In this document: in pieces, positions 1-10,781 of the stretch | Layout: the number at the start of each line of letters is the position of its first letter | Numbering within the stretch: position 1 is the first letter of the stretch | NCBI GenBank assembly: GCA_000004985.1 | Contig: GG738884.1 | Source: Naegleria gruberi | Taxonomy: Eukaryota | Reading direction: 5' to 3' (one strand) | Length of the DNA: 64,000 nucleotides | Program-made: the position numbers and the translations under genes | The notes under the pieces: model-generated | Seen by the model: the letters and a program-made list of their open reading frames with translations, nothing else | What the model was told of the DNA's origin: nothing | Databases searched by the model: none

Positions 1-577
<577 letters not shown>

Positions 578-657
578 ATATTATATTATATTAAATATTA
601 TTAAATGTTATTATTGTTGTTAATAAATAGACTTTTGTAAAGTTTAAGAATAAAAAA

Positions 658-1533
658 ATGAATGAAGCAAATTGTTCTTGTTGTTTAATAGAATTACCTA
701 ATTATATAGAATGTATTGAAAATGATATTGATAATAATTGGAAACCTTTTAAATTATTAAATTGTTCATGTAACAAACAACATGACAATGATATTAATAA
801 TGATAATATTAATCAATCGGAATTATCTACTTCTACCACTACAGTATCATCAAATAATAATAATGATGATGAAATATATGAATTTAAATTTATTGAAAAT
901 AATATTGAAAGTGAACAAGTTAAACATGAATTAAATCAAAATTATTTAAAAATTAATTGTATTGAAAATTTAAATCAACAATTTAATAATTTTATTATTA
1001 TAAATAATAAATTTGATAAATTAGTATTTAATAATTTAAAACATAATCATTTTCATTTATTAAATTTAAATTTAAATAATTTAAATTTTACAAATTTTAA
1101 ATTTAAAATTAAAAAACAATTATTTACAAATTGGTCATTAATTACATTAAATAAAATACCTAAAAATACATATATAGGAGAATATGTAGGTAAAATAAAT
1201 ATAGAATATTCAAGTACTAGTAATGAATCATTAAATAATTATATTTTTAATTTAAATAATTTTAATAATTTTAATTTAAAAAAATATAAAAAATTTGAAA
1301 TTTGTGGAAAATATTTTGGTAATTTTTCATCATTTATAAATCATTCATGTAATCCAAATTTAGAAATATATTATTGTTATGAAAATAATATAGATATAAG
1401 ATTACCTAAAATATACATTTATAGTAATAAAAATATAAATATAAATGAAGAATTAACATTAAATTATGGAATTAAATATAATTTAAATGAATTTAATTGT
1501 AAATGTAATTCAATTTATTGTAAATTTAAATAA
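658..1533 (+). CDS. SET-domain lysine methyltransferase, extremely Asn/Ile/Lys-rich, 291 aa
   Basis: Single ORF with the SET signature GEYVGKI...FINHSCNPNLEIY...ELTLNYG and a post-SET CKCNSIYCK motif. N-terminal Cys cluster CSCCL...CSCNK. Local GC about 11%. Confidence 0.75.
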   Translation: MNEANCSCCLIELPNYIECIENDIDNNWKPFKLLNCSCNKQHDNDINNDNINQSELSTSTTTVSSNNNNDDEIYEFKFIENNIESEQVKHELNQNYLKINCIENLNQQFNNFIIINNKFDKLVFNNLKHNHFHLLNLNLNNLNFTNFKFKIKKQLFTNWSLITLNKIPKNTYIGEYVGKINIEYSSTSNESLNNYIFNLNNFNNFNLKKYKKFEICGKYFGNFSSFINHSCNPNLEIYYCYENNIDIRLPKIYIYSNKNININEELTLNYGIKYNLNEFNCKCNSIYCKFK

Positions 1534-1915
1534 TATAACTATCACATAAAAGTACAATTACTACTATTTATGTATTATAATACCTATCAACTTCATAAAA
1601 GTAATATTATAATTTAAATTTATTATATTGATTGATCCATAACATAACAAGATGACAATTAAAGATATTGTGTTGAATGAATAATAATCAATTTAATAAT
1701 TATTAAAAAAAATATCTCCTCTACAAGTGAGTGTGTTATTATAATTTTGATCATACATTCCGATACATGATTTATATTATACATCATTATTATTATCATT
1801 ATCCTATATAAATAATAAGAACAATTTATCATCACACAAATATTAGTATAAAACTAATAATAATAATAATCAAAATAATAATATTCAATCATCATCATTA
1901 ATAATAATAATAATA

Positions 1916-3046
1916 ATGAAATCTATAACATCATCTGAAAATAATCAAAATAATCAAATAAAATCATTTACAATAGAATGTAGTGGATATTGTACACATT
2001 CAAATCACATGACAGATTCATCAATATCATATTGTAATAGTCAATCTATTAAATTTCCATCTTTATTTGGAATATTTAAACATACTAAATATGGATATAT
2101 ATTATATGATACTGGTTATTGTAATAGATTTTATAAAGAAACTAGTAATTTACCTTTTTATTTATATGGTAAATTAATACCTGTTTATTTAAATGAAAAT
2201 GAATCTGCAAGTGAAATATTAAATACTAAATATGGTATAAATAATAATGATATTAAATTTATTATCATTTCACATTTTCATGCAGATCATATAAGTGGTT
2301 TAATTGATTTTCCAAATGCTAAATTTATTTATTCTAAAGAAGGTTTTGAATATTTAAATCAATTAAAAAATTCAAATTCAAATATTAAATGTTGTTTAAA
2401 TGGATTTATACCAAATTTATTACCTTTGGATTTTTTAAATAGATCTATTCAATTATCTATAAATGATTTTAAATTTATTAATAATATTCCATTTAAAGTA
2501 TTTGATTTATTTAATGATAATTCTATTTTTATTGTTGATTTACCTGGTCATTGTTTAGGTCATTTTGGTGTTTTTTTTAAATGTAATAATCAAAATTTAT
2601 TACATAATAATACTATTAATAATAATGAAAATATTAATATTGATAGTAATAGTAATAATATGACTAGTAATGAAAATATTAATATTGATAATGAAAAATC
2701 ATATTTACTTATTGGAGATGCAGCATGGTCATTAAGAGCTATAAAATTAAATGCATTACCACATTTGTTAACTAAATATTTTGTTCAACATGATTGGAAT
2801 GCCTATTCAAATACTCTGAATGAATTACATAAAATTTATAATGAATCAAGTTTTCATATTAATAATTTGAAAAAGACAAGAAAAGGTCAAGAACCAATTA
2901 ATCCACAAAAAAAGATTACAAATCATATTAGAATTATACCATCTCATTGTTGGCAAGTTTATGAATCATTTTGTCAACAGCAACAACCACTTGGTAGTGA
3001 TGGTACAACTCCAAGTACCACCACTTCAATAATTTCCAAATTGTAA
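1916..3046 (+). CDS. Metallo-beta-lactamase-fold hydrolase with an Asn-rich insertion
   Basis: ORF contains the HxHxDH motif (ISHFHADHISGL), then PGHCLGH and IGDAAW metal-ligand motifs typical of the MBL superfamily. Confidence 0.7.
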   Translation: MKSITSSENNQNNQIKSFTIECSGYCTHSNHMTDSSISYCNSQSIKFPSLFGIFKHTKYGYILYDTGYCNRFYKETSNLPFYLYGKLIPVYLNENESASEILNTKYGINNNDIKFIIISHFHADHISGLIDFPNAKFIYSKEGFEYLNQLKNSNSNIKCCLNGFIPNLLPLDFLNRSIQLSINDFKFINNIPFKVFDLFNDNSIFIVDLPGHCLGHFGVFFKCNNQNLLHNNTINNNENINIDSNSNNMTSNENINIDNEKSYLLIGDAAWSLRAIKLNALPHLLTKYFVQHDWNAYSNTLNELHKIYNESSFHINNLKKTRKGQEPINPQKKITNHIRIIPSHCWQVYESFCQQQQPLGSDGTTPSTTTSIISKL

Positions 3047-3164
3047 TGAAACATTGTCAAGTTCAAACATTATTCAAACATTGTGACCTAATAGTAGATA
3101 ATTTTAAGGCAATACAATCACGATAAAGTATTCAACACACATCTATTAAATATTATTATTTTAA

Positions 3165-4460
3165 TTACATCATACCAATTTGTTGCATCATTTGGAAATA
3201 TATTTGTTGAATTTCAGTTGGAGACATTGTGCTTAAAACGTGTGGAGGTATATCAATACCCATTTGACGCATATGTTGAATCATCTTTTTAACCTTTTCT
3301 TCTTGTTCCTTTTCAATTCTTAAATGAACTTCCTTCTTGATTGATTCAAAAGTAGAAGCAAGATTAGTAAAAGTGATTTGAGTGAAAGCATCAGCGAAAA
3401 TCTTTGCAGGAGCAGCAAGTTGTGGAGTTTCAGCTTCAGAAAGTCTAAATAAATATTCGCATGGTTCCTTCATTTCAAGTAAATAGCTAGCAATTTTATC
3501 TCTTTCAGAAATATCCTTCTTTGAAAGATAATGAGTCAATGAAGCAACAAATTCCAAAATAGCAATCTTTTGTGGTACCTTGGTTTGAATATTCAAAGAT
3601 CTAAGAATTGGTTTCAAAGCAGTCAACAATGATTCTTCATGTGATTCAAAATCAACCTTAGCAATATTTGAAATTGAAATGACAGCATTCTTACAAATAT
3701 TTTCAACATGAGAAATTAATAAAGATAAAAGTAAAGGAACAGCATCTGGAATTTCAGATAACATTTTAGCACCCTTTGGTGTATGTGAAATATGTGAAAG
3801 AGTTGAAGTAACACCTCTCAAAATTTCAGTATTTTCACTTTCTAACTTGGAAACAAATTTAGATAATGATTCTTCATCAATATACTTCAATAAGAGTGAA
3901 CCACCTTCTGATCCTCTTGGAATATCATCTTCTAATTCTCTCTTAGCAGCTTCAAATGTTGTACTTGACTTTAATGCACGCAATGATGGCATAACAACCT
4001 TTTCATTATCACCTAAACTTGATTCAAACAAAACAGGTAATCCTTTCAATGATAAATTGAAATGACGTCTTCTTTCAATAGCAACTGGTCCGGAAATAAT
4101 TTCACGAATAATAATTAAAGCACATTGAACAGTCTTTTCAGTATTATCATCAAAATTTGTAAGTAAATTTAAACACTTCTTTAAAGTACCATTTTCATAG
4201 AGAATATCCTTCTTTTCTTCAGCTGGATCTTTGGTTTTTTTAACAGTTTCTCTGTTACTAATATAGTCGAAAATGAACAAGGCTGCCTTTTCTCTATTCT
4301 CGGCATTAGAATGATGTAATTCATTCAATGCAATATATAATTCTTCTCTATTGTATTTAGTAATAAGATATTCTTCAACAGAAAAATAGGAAAGAAGAGC
4401 AAGACCACCTCCTACAAGACACAATGGTCCAAGGTTAATATTATTTAAAATACTGCTCAT
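3165..4460 (-). CDS. Armadillo/HEAT-like helical-repeat protein with an N-terminal hydrophobic anchor, 431 aa, function unknown
   Basis: Long intron-free minus-strand ORF. The N-terminus LGPLCLVGGGLALLSYF looks like a TM or signal anchor. The rest is alpha-helical repeat-like. I recognise no specific family. Confidence 0.55.
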   Translation of the reverse strand: MSSILNNINLGPLCLVGGGLALLSYFSVEEYLITKYNREELYIALNELHHSNAENREKAALFIFDYISNRETVKKTKDPAEEKKDILYENGTLKKCLNLLTNFDDNTEKTVQCALIIIREIISGPVAIERRRHFNLSLKGLPVLFESSLGDNEKVVMPSLRALKSSTTFEAAKRELEDDIPRGSEGGSLLLKYIDEESLSKFVSKLESENTEILRGVTSTLSHISHTPKGAKMLSEIPDAVPLLLSLLISHVENICKNAVISISNIAKVDFESHEESLLTALKPILRSLNIQTKVPQKIAILEFVASLTHYLSKKDISERDKIASYLLEMKEPCEYLFRLSEAETPQLAAPAKIFADAFTQITFTNLASTFESIKKEVHLRIEKEQEEKVKKMIQHMRQMGIDIPPHVLSTMSPTEIQQIYFQMMQQIGMM

Positions 4461-5634
4461 TGTTGTTGTTTGTTGTTATTAATTGTTTTGATGATGAAAA
4501 AATACTCTCTCCGGTTTTTAAAGATGAAGAAAAAGAAGAAAAAACACTAGCGGCGCCGGCGAAATGATGACACTAACTGGTGGTGGGAATATTTTTTTCA
4601 AAGGCTTTTTTTGCCTTCCTTCAACAAGGTCTTGAAAAATTTTGGCTTTTTGATTGGGTTTTCATTGGAATTACAATTATCATCAAGTAGTAAAGAAGTT
4701 TTTCAATCAATTAATACTCAAAAGATCTAGTTGATGTTTTTATTATTAGGATATGTTTAGGTTGAGTGGAATGGTGAATTGTTGTATAGATTCAATCAGT
4801 TTAATCTCGAGATAGGAAATTGGATGAAAAGGAAAGCTACCGATTTGGAAATTTAATACGAGAGGAGAAAATCATTCTTCAAGTCTAAAGCATTTTCTAA
4901 TCATCTGGACCAAAACCTTAATAATAGTAATGTGACTATATCACAAGACAACATCCAATGAATAATAAAGAGTTTAGTCTACTCTACAACAGCAGTTTTT
5001 GAAGGAGTAGTGAAAGAAATGTTTCCTTCAACTTGAATCGGATTAAGAGTACAAATAAAACCTAAAGAATCCAATAATATTCATTCTCATTGACAATATA
5101 ATTCATTTCCTTAATACATTTCAAGTCGTACACATTCGGAATATTTTCAATGGAAACTCAAATAACACAAACATTAATTTAACCTCCACTAACTGATTCA
5201 ATAGATTGACTACAGATTCACTCTCATCTACCACCACTCACCTATTTTCACTTTATTAGAAACAAATACTGTATTGGTATGAGCGGTTATTGATGATGCA
5301 ATGAAGATCTTTCTCAACGTTTATTAAACAAAGAGTCTCCTCCCACAAGAGAATGCAGTGAGCGATTGGATCAATATTTCTTCAACGAGACAAAAATAAA
5401 TCACAAAAAAAAGCCTTGTACCATTGTTACAGATATTCTATATTTGAGGAGTGTGTTTTTTAACCTCTTGTTGAGACTGTGTGACGCTCTTTTTAACTAA
5501 CCGATTCAGATCTGAATACATCAATAATAATTGTACTATATATACAGTGTCATCTTTGTAAATAGATTAAAAACTCTAATTGATCAAATATATTTAAGCC
5601 TAACCCAAAGTAAATAATAACAAACTGAAACATT

Positions 5635-6343
5635 ATGACCTCACCAGGAAAGTTTATTGGTTCTCCTACAAAGAGAAGAGAAATGGACATTATGAAATTG
5701 TAAGTTTTTCAATTTGAATCAAATTATTCAATTCCGATGATTAGAATGATGAGTAATTATAAAGTTCAAATGAATGATAATCATGCTGAATTTTTCGTTA
5801 AATTCTATGGACCAAAGGATACTAACTATGAAGGTATGTGTTCATTCTCTTTTTAAACTCTTTAATTGAAACTATTTAATGAAACCATTCAATAACATTA
5901 AACTATTCAATGAAACTCTATGAATAGGAGGTGTATGGAAAGTTAGAGTAACCATTCCAGAGAATTATCCATTTAAATCACCAAGTATTGGATTTGCCAA
6001 TACAATTTATCATCCAAATGTTGATGAATCAAGTGGAAGTGTATTTTAGATGTAATTAATCAAACATGGTCACCAATGTTTGACCTTATTAACATTTTTG
6101 ATGTCTTTTTACCTCAATTACTTGCCTATCCAAATGCACAAGAAAGCAGCTGCATTTCTAATGAGAGATGCTGAAGCTTATAAAAAGAAAGTTAGAGATT
6201 ATGTTGAAAAGTATGCAAAAGAAGAAAATATTAAATTTGAATCTCAGGATGATGATTCAGATGAACAAGATGAAGAACAAGATGCTCTATCAAGTGCTTC
6301 TGAAGGTTTAGATGAAAATGATTTGGCTGAATTTGAATTGTAA
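5635..6343 (+). CDS. UBE2H: Ubiquitin-conjugating enzyme E2 H-type (UBE2H-like). Exons 5635..5699, 5745..5833 and 5928..6343. The last exon has two compensating frame disruptions and no catalytic Cys codon; possible pseudogene or sequence error.
   Basis: [22 protein letters not shown]|[30 protein letters not shown]|[38 protein letters not shown] then a frame slip, [32 protein letters not shown], a second slip, [27 protein letters not shown] plus an acidic tail. Near-collinear with human UBE2H. Introns are GTAAGT..AG (45 nt) and GTATGT..AG (94 nt). Confidence 0.7.
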
Positions 6344-6506
6344 TAATTTGTAAAAATTAATTTGTAAAATATTTATAAAGTTTTAACTTCATGAAAGTTT
6401 GTTTTCATGAAAATGTTACAATAGTTCTATTGTGTATATCAAATAGTCAAAGTATATTACTATTGAAAGTATAGTAAAGTATAATATATTGAAAGAAAAT
6501 GTTAAA

Positions 6507-7481
6507 TTACAAAATTTGACATTTTTTCTTTTGTGGACGATTGACATTATTTTGTGGATTGTCTTTCAATTTTTGTTTCATTGCAATTCCAACAGCCAAA
6601 TCAAAAGCATCTGCTAAATTTTCCATAGTCTTTGCACTACATTCAATATATCCTGATGCTTTAATTCTATCTTTCATTTCATTACCTTGTTCCGAAGTGA
6701 CAGGTTCAATTCTCTTATCTTTAAGTTTTTTAATATATTCTTCATCTTTCTTTAAATCTAATTTTGTACCAACAAGAACAATTGGAGTATCTGGATTGTA
6801 ATGTTTCAATTCTTCTGCCCATTTACTTTGACAATTTTCAAGTGAATTTGGATTTTCTAATGAAAAACAAACAAGAAATACATCAGTACTATTATTATTG
6901 TAATTATATATTTGGATTATAGAATAGATTTGGAAGATTAGAATAGTTATATTAGATTGGAATAGTTGATCGTTATTAGATTATATTAGATTGTTAGAAA
7001 TATAATGATGAATATAATAATAGGTCAATGAAATGATGGAATTTTAAAATAACCTACTCTGGATATGACAATGGTCTCAAACGACTATTAATTGTTATTA
7101 TAATAACAATAACAATAATAATATGTTCATCATGATGAAAATGTGATCAAATGATTATTGTGAAACATATATTCAAACCGTTCCATCATTAACGCTGTTA
7201 ATAATTTCTAAATAACTTACTCATAACTATTAAATATTGATATTATTATTATTAAATATATATTAACAAAGTAGTAAATATAATAAAACATACTCTTCTT
7301 GACCAGCAGTATCATATAAAGCAATACTAACAATACCATCACCATATGAAATATTCTTATTATAATTATCAAAAACTGTAGGAACGTAATCTTCAGGGAA
7401 ACAACCTGATGAATAGGCTATTAACAAGGCTGTTTTACCAACTGCACCATCACCTACAACTACACATTTAATAGATTCCAT
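6507..7481 (-). CDS. Rac/Rho-family small GTPase with a CQIL CAAX box. Three exons 7481..7294, 7084..7058 (27-nt micro-exon) and 6888..6507.
   Basis: [20 protein letters not shown]...YDTAGQED | RLRPLSYP | [46 protein letters not shown]...CSAKT...KKKCQIL. G1-G5 motifs are present. The exon 1 donor is GTATGT and the micro-exon is flanked by AG/GTAGGT. Confidence 0.8.
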
Positions 7482-8410
7482 ATTATTATTATTATTCTTA
7501 AAAAGATTCTTCAAGAGATGGGGGAAATGATAGTTAGAAAATTTTTTTAAATATTTTTTTTCTTTTCTGTCAGACATCAATCAGTAGGACGTTTGGTTGC
7601 TTGAAGAAGAAGGAACTCTATCAGTAGAAATTTTAAATGTTATCCAAATTCGAGTCATTTCATGTCGTTTTGTTTGATTGTTGGCACAGTGGAAAGGTGT
7701 TGAAGAGACAATAAATTTCTTTACCTTTGATTCTCAGTGTGTTTCAAACCATTTCGTTATAATAATAATTGAAATTTATTATATCGATTTTCAGTAATTG
7801 AAATCTACTATAATTTTGAGTAACATTGCAATGAACAATCATTGTTTGCTATGGGGATGTGCTTGTTCTAAATTTGAATTAATCTTCACCTTATTGGCCT
7901 CGAAGGAAGTGTAAGGGTCAAGTTGTGAAATTTGTGTAATAAAATTAGTGAACTGATCTATTTGGTTTCAACAAGTGGTAGTGAATTGAAAATTGATAAT
8001 CAGCCAATGGAAGGTTTGAAAGTATTCACATTTCAATTCTCTAATCATCAAATTCTTTTAAAATTGAAATTAGTATTGTTCAATAGAAATGTCAACTTTC
8101 TAAATTCATAGATACTATTTTATTTTCTAGAATTGAACTAATTATATTTTTAATTGCTATTTTACCATAAACTCTTTAATTCTTGAATATTTGAATTGAT
8201 GAATAATTATTTAAATTAAATTCACCTTCCGTGATGTGAACAGTTAGTTCAAAAAATAAAAACTTCAATATTTTATTGTCAAAAAGCCTTCAAAAAAAAT
8301 TGCCTCTCATTTTTCATCATCAACAAGTCTATTGAATTTTAAAAAAGGCTTTGAAAAAATAGAGAAGGAATTAATCAATAATAACATCAACATCAATATA
8401 ACAACAACAA

Positions 8411-9397
8411 ATGATTCGTAAAAACGCACGTCTCCGAAGAGAATTCTTACATAAAAAATCACTTCAAAAAGAAGAACGTGAAAGATTGGATCGTAAAATT
8501 CGTATTCGTGAAGCCTTAGAAAAAGGTGTACCAATTTCGGAAGAAGATATTAGAAAAGAAGCAGAAGAAAATGAATTTGGAGTTAAAGAATATTTAAATA
8601 TATTATCAAATAAGAGTGAAGATAAAAGTGGTGATAAAAGTGGTGATAATGATAATCAAATTTCTAATTTAATTGATAATGAATATGCAAATGCAGGACA
8701 AGAAGATCCTAAAATATTATTAACAACAGCATTAGATCCATCTGATAGATTGAAAAGATTTGTTAAAGAATTACGTTTCTTATTTCCAAATTGTCAACGT
8801 ATGAATCGTGGTAGACAACAAACACAAGAAATTGTTCAAGCAGCAACACAAAATGGTTTTACAGATTTAGTAATGATTCATGAAAATAAGGGTGAACCTG
8901 ATACAATGATTGTAACTCATTTACCTCATGGTCCAACTGCTTATTTTACAATGTTTAATGTTGTAATGAGACATGAAGTTATGAATTTAAGAGAAGAGAA
9001 AATGCCACAACAATTTCCACATTTAATTTTCCATAATTTTAAAACTAAATTAGGTGAAAGAGTTGCAACAATTTTGAAATATTTATTCCCAGTTCCAAAA
9101 CAAGAATCTAATCGTATTGTTACATTTGCTAATGATAATGATTTTATTTCTTTTAGACATCATGTATATATGAGAAATTCACCTGGTACAACACCTCCAA
9201 TACAATTAAAAGAAGTTGGTCCTAGATTTGAATTACAATTATTCCAAATTAGATTGGGTACTGTTGCTGATAAGGATGCTGAATTAGAATGGGTATTACG
9301 ACCATACATGAATACTGCTTCAAAGAGACAAGCTTTAGGTGTTAGTAAGAGTGAATTAAAAGAAGAGGAAGGAAATAAATTAACATCAATAAAGTAA
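8411..9397 (+). CDS. IMP4: U3 snoRNP protein IMP4 (Brix domain), single exon, 328 aa
   Basis: MIRKNARLRREFLHKKSLQKEERERLDRKIRIREALEKGVPI..., a Brix-domain core, and a C-terminus typical of IMP4. Confidence 0.8.
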   Translation: MIRKNARLRREFLHKKSLQKEERERLDRKIRIREALEKGVPISEEDIRKEAEENEFGVKEYLNILSNKSEDKSGDKSGDNDNQISNLIDNEYANAGQEDPKILLTTALDPSDRLKRFVKELRFLFPNCQRMNRGRQQTQEIVQAATQNGFTDLVMIHENKGEPDTMIVTHLPHGPTAYFTMFNVVMRHEVMNLREEKMPQQFPHLIFHNFKTKLGERVATILKYLFPVPKQESNRIVTFANDNDFISFRHHVYMRNSPGTTPPIQLKEVGPRFELQLFQIRLGTVADKDAELEWVLRPYMNTASKRQALGVSKSELKEEEGNKLTSIK

Positions 9398-9494
9398 AAA
9401 CAACTTTTCAATTTTGAATTATTATGTACATCTTACTATTGAAATGAAATGAAAATTTAAGAAAGCTCAATAATTTGTTCAAGTCTTGTGGATT

Positions 9495-10678
9495 TTATTG
9501 ATTATTCAATTGTTGATTATCCAATTCACGTAGTTGTGAACTACTCAATTTAATGGATTCAGTTGCTGCTTCTGAACGAGGAAGTAAAAGTGGAATGCAA
9601 ACAATTTCATACATTGGGAAATTCTTTTCATTCTTTCTAATTTCATTTCCCTTCTTGGCTCCATTCAATGTTTCATCACTGACAACTAAAACTTCCAATT
9701 GTGGATCAGTTGCAATTGGTCCCCAAGGTTCTGGAAGTGGAAATATCTAATTAAAGTTAGTTCATTAATTTGCAAATAACAATTTTAGAATCATTTCAAA
9801 ATAACATACATTAATTTGAGACATATCCATAGATGGATTAATTTTAGCAATTGATTTCAAAACATTATCTCTTCTCAATTCATAAGATTGAATTAATTCT
9901 TTCAATTTCTTATTCTTCAATAATCCATCAATAGAAACTCCAATTTGAATTTCATGTTTCTTTCCATCATTTTGATTATTTTCTTTATAAAGTAATAGAG
10001 CTTGTGTTAATAAAATTTTATGACCTAAATGTAAACGATCAAATGTTCCACCCAAACAAACAACATTAAATTTTCTATAATTTTCTTCCACAGATGAAAT
10101 TACTTGACTATTATTAAATATTAAATCAAATTCATTTAAAGAATGTGAAATATTACATTCAGGTAATATTTCAATTCTATTTAATACGTTATTTTCACAA
10201 ATTATTTCATTTTGTAAATTTCTTTTAAATTTAATCCATTGATTTTCATTATTATTCAATAATAATACTTTTTCATTATTAATAGTATTGTTATTAATAG
10301 TATTATTATATTGTGGCATTACAACATTAAATTCATATTTATAATAATCATTTACATTGGTTAATATTTCAGAATAATATTCTTTATATAAATGAATCTA
10401 AATCATCATCATCATTAAAATATTTTAATTAATATTCAGTTATTGATGATGATGATTAATAAACATACATTTTTAAAAGTTCCGATATTATTTTCTTGTT
10501 GATCATTAATTAAAATTCTAAAATCAATGAATTGATGATGATTATTGTTAGAGTTCAATTTAATATTTTCATTGAAATATTGCAATGATTGTCTAATTAA
10601 TGAGAGATTGCATAGAAAATCTTTAATGGATTGAATATTTTGTGTTTCAACTTGAATATTTAAACAAGTATTTGACAT
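9495..10678 (-). CDS. Phosphopantetheine adenylyltransferase-like nucleotidyltransferase (PPAT/CoaD-type). Proposed exons 10678..10469, 10397..9810 and 9746..9495.
   Basis: Core exon carries CLGGTFDRLHLGHKILL, the cytidylyltransferase (H/T)xGH motif. The 3' exon is joined through a GTATGT..TTAG intron of 63 nt. An upstream in-frame exon (ORF 10436..10678) joins through a GTATGT..TTTAG intron of 71 nt. Confidence 0.6.
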
Positions 10679-10781
10679 TTTTTTTTAAATTAATAATTTA
10701 AGTTTATTTTGTAATCAATTAATACAAATACTATCAATATATACTATCTATTAATTAAAATATATATTTAATTGAATAAAT

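Noticed and set aside
3847-4065. Short ORFs antisense to long genes (for example 3847..4065, 6541..6801, 16756..17013, 22690..22935, 23227..23451, 28162..28464, 29138..29423, 34392..34902, 40460..41440, 54443..54950, 56605..57294, 60324..60572)
   Set aside because: Each lies entirely inside a longer ORF with recognisable homology on the opposite strand. None has a conserved motif. They are expected by chance in AT-rich sequence.
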